From assembly GCA_012295275.1 (NCBI GenBank), contig CM022672.1, forward strand, positions 21,142,001 to 21,206,000: DNA of 64,000 nucleotides. The letters run 5' to 3'. Positions 60,468 through 64,000 of this stretch are shown piece after piece. Below the pieces are notes generated by a model that saw only the letters and a program-made list of their open reading frames with translations, did no database searches and was not told the origin of the DNA. The position numbers and the translations under genes were made by a program. Source of the stretch: Chrysomallon squamiferum (Eukaryota > Animalia > Mollusca). Each line of letters begins with the position of its first letter. The stretch's first letter is position 1.

Positions 60468-62220
60468 TTTTTTGTTTGTTTGTTTGTTCTTATTTGTTTG
60501 TTAACAATTCAGATATATACAAATGTAATAATAAAACAACAAACTCTTAAGAATCATTGTTGGCCGAACATTTTCCACTATTTCTTGATGTCAGATATTT
60601 TAAAAATGTTAATAATATCATCAGAGAAATAATTGAGAATACAAAAATATTACACTGAAGCTTTTAATTCTCGATTATTTTATTCAAACACAAATAAGAA
60701 ATTATGTAATAGAAATAAAAGAGTAAAATAGCATCATATTTTAATTCCCAAGACCTTATTATTTTATTATCAAACTTTGTTATTGGAAAGACCTTTGTAT
60801 TTACTGTCTAAGATATAAAAACATGTTGAGGTGTTGCTAAATGTATATTCGTAAATTTGTACGATCGTTCGCTCGTTCGTTCGTTCGTTTGTTTGATCTC
60901 TCATTCATTTAATCATTCTCACATTACATTCCAAAACCTGTCAGCATTAAATTCAGCTAATTAACTCACTGCTGTGTTCTTTTTTTTTTTTTTTTTTTTT
61001 ATGTGATAAACTATTACAAAATACGTGACGTGACCCAGAACAAGCGACCTAATTTCTTACACACAGTCATTACGCAAAGCATTGTTCTGGCTCGTTTTGT
61101 TAGTCACATATCCCCTCATCTAGGTAACCCCGCTCTTGAATCCACCCTAACGAAAGGACTATAACACTTAGCTATTACATATGTTGAAAGCATTTTATTG
61201 CTTTAATGGTCGATAACGACAGGGTAGAATTTTAACGTTCGTCTTTCACTGCTGCTGGTTGGTTGTCACTGTATATATTTGTTTTATTACCTGAAATCAT
61301 TGTGATTTTTTTTTCTAAAAGACATAACGACCGAGTGGAAAATGCCTATAACGGAATTTTGAGAGAACCGAACACAAACGTTGTCTAAGTGTCTCGTTTA
61401 TTCATTTGTAATGGAAGGTGTTGAAAATATCGGTAAGACAATATCTTTATCGTTATTAATTAGAAATAAAAGGAAATTAACAAATGTTTGTCTGTCCATT
61501 GTAATTAAAATCACTGTTATTTTATATATGACTGTTGATTGGTTCTTTTTTTACTTGTTTGTGTAGAATAAATCATTATTTTAAAACGATTTTTGAGCAC
61601 ATCGGTCATTTATTTTGTTTCATTTTATTTTATTTTATTTTATTTTACATAACAGCCAGTGGCCTACAACTTCTGTTTTAAATAATTCTGTATATTTTCG
61701 TTTGCATGGAAATGATTCTTTGATAATTAAGTGAGAGTACCCCACGGATTGGGAAAATCTGTATTCCTCTCTCCTGCTATCATCATTAAACTAGAAAGTA
61801 TGAGTAACATTCAATTACCATTAATATGAAGATTCACTGATTCATATAATTATATATTATATATGTAATCATTTGCAAAAAGTTGTATTACTCTGAAACC
61901 TAATTATGCATCAATTGAAACCAATAAAATGGAAATACAGTTTTAAATCTAAAAAGGTAATTTTAACAAAAAGTAATTAAATAAATAATTATGTATATAA
62001 AATAGGAATTAATTTATGTTTATGTATGTCGGCTTGTTTACATATATGTATGTATATATCTTTAAAAATATGTATAAATGTTTATGTATGTATGTTTATA
62101 TGTATATACAAAAATGTGTATAAGTATGTACATATGTTGTATGTTTGTGCGTGTGCGTGTGCAGCTGGGGATGGAAGGAAAGTATTACAAATTAAAATAT
62201 AAATCATTTTGAATTTTTAA

Positions 62221-62257
<37 letters not shown>

Positions 62258-62361
62258 GATAACGGTAACAATAACAACACAATAATAACAGTAATAATAA
62301 TAAAATTGATTATGATGATAGTAACGAAACAAAAATTACGTTATTGCGTAAATCTCCTGAT

Positions 62362-62399
<38 letters not shown>

Positions 62400-62744
62400 C
62401 AATATTTTAAATGTATTGCCTTTTATGTAAAAATATTTTACCTGTCTCTTGGGAGATATTTGCGTACTCAGCTAATGTTACTGTTTTCTGTTGTATCAGC
62501 AGTTCAGAAATCATTGCAATAACGTTATATTATTAATAGGCAATGTGAAAAATCAATGTAATATTGTCTGCGCACTTTGATGTAGTAACTGGATTATAAA
62601 TTGCCTGTTGTGTTTGTCATGACATTCAGTTTATCATGGACATTCTTTTTTTTTATTTCTCTGTCACACACTTATACATTAACACGTGCACGCAACGCCA
62701 CACAGAGACGCATAGACAACTAGATCAAGTACGTATGCATGAAT

Positions 62745-63046
62745 TTACAAATACATACACACATATACACACATACGTATGTTCGCACATACATACAAAC
62801 ATGTACACATGTACACATGTACACATACATACATACATACACACATGCATACATACATACATACATACATACATACATACATGCAAACATGCAAACATAC
62901 ATAAACATACATACATACATACATACATACATACACATGCAAACATACAAACATGCACACATACACACATACATACATACACACACACATACATACACAC
63001 ATACATACATACATACATACATACATACATACATACACACATACAC

Positions 63047-63079
<33 letters not shown>

Positions 63080-63110
63080 CATACACATATATACTTACAT
63101 ATATGTATAT
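62745..63110. repeat. Degenerate (TACA)n microsatellite
   Basis: Direct reading. It generates the HTYI/MYVC pseudo-ORFs. Confidence 0.92.
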
Positions 63111-64000
63111 GAAAGGAAAACGTACACCATCGTCTGACAAACGAATCGTGGGCATTGTTTCCATGTGGGAATATCATGAATGGTCAAGTCAACAAAAAAA
63201 AAAATAATAATAATAATAAAAAAAAAAAACATTCTACTTGGTATGAACACATTTCGTTTCACCATATCAATGCCTTCTTTTATTTATATAGTTATTTAAA
63301 CGGGTATCTTTCTGAATAAGTTCTTTTCAAATTTTCATCACTGTTTTTTTCTTTCTAATAATATGTAAAGAAGTTAAACACTGATGAGTCAAAATGCAAA
63401 TTCTTTATTGCAATACCTGTGTCGTGATGTATTTTTTGTTACCATATAACTCATTCGAACGCTTTTTCTGTTTTAGAAATAAATAACATTCTTTTCTTGT
63501 CTAGATTTACATTTGCAGTAATTTTTAAGTATTCTGAAAATGAATAAATAAATTTCATTTAAATCTTTATTTTAAAACAAATTCAAAAATTGTATTAACT
63601 TTTGTTTTCTAATTACACTCGAGAAGACACCTCACTTGTACTTTTTTCAAGTAGTTAACACCATATACTAAAGCTCTAAATGAATTGCTTATAAATCTGA
63701 TTTTTATGCCTCATTAACCACAAATGCCCTTACATGTTTTTCTTTTATTGAATGAGAATGTGAACATTATTTTTTATTATTTCTTTAGACGACTTTAAGC
63801 AATCGGATTAAAAAGGAAATCAGCACGAACATTTGATATGCCTTGTTGATTTCTATAAATCGTTTCGTGCTAAGTTCTGTCATACTTTAAAAATGCTGAA
63901 TTAATTGTACATATCCGTAGATAAAACGATATTATGCACTCACATAAAAATAAATAGTAATGATTTTGCGTGTACACATACATAAACATACACAGTCACA

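Noticed and set aside
62636-63207. Six overlapping ORFs of 84-158 aa
   Set aside because: Translations of a (TACA)n microsatellite.

Overview
AT-rich, microsatellite-dense animal genomic DNA with spliceosomal GT-AG introns. It is probably molluscan, which is an inference. The first ~30 kb is a head-to-tail array of four + strand genes for a secreted zinc metalloprotease of peptidase family M4. These resemble gammaproteobacterial pseudolysin (LasB) and vibriolysin, a family typical of bacteria. Three copies are intact (658 aa after splicing) and one is a pseudogene. Each intact copy has a non-coding first exon, a 31-nt signal-peptide exon behind a phase-1 intron, one uninterrupted 1,946-nt exon and an AATAAA signal; the CCAAT+TATA promoter is visible for copies 2 and 4, and copy 1's lies outside the window. 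This looks like a horizontally acquired bacterial protease that has been domesticated, amplified and is diversifying. Copy 2 appears to be a chimera from unequal crossover, copy 3 lost its promoter to a templated inversion, and copy 4 has a heavily remodelled substrate cleft. Downstream is an 8-exon gene for a cyclic-nucleotide-binding-domain protein (33000-50486). Also present are a MULE relic, a Tc1/mariner-type MITE and two long inverted repeats. The last ~13 kb is non-coding. Most short ORFs in the track are microsatellite artefacts.
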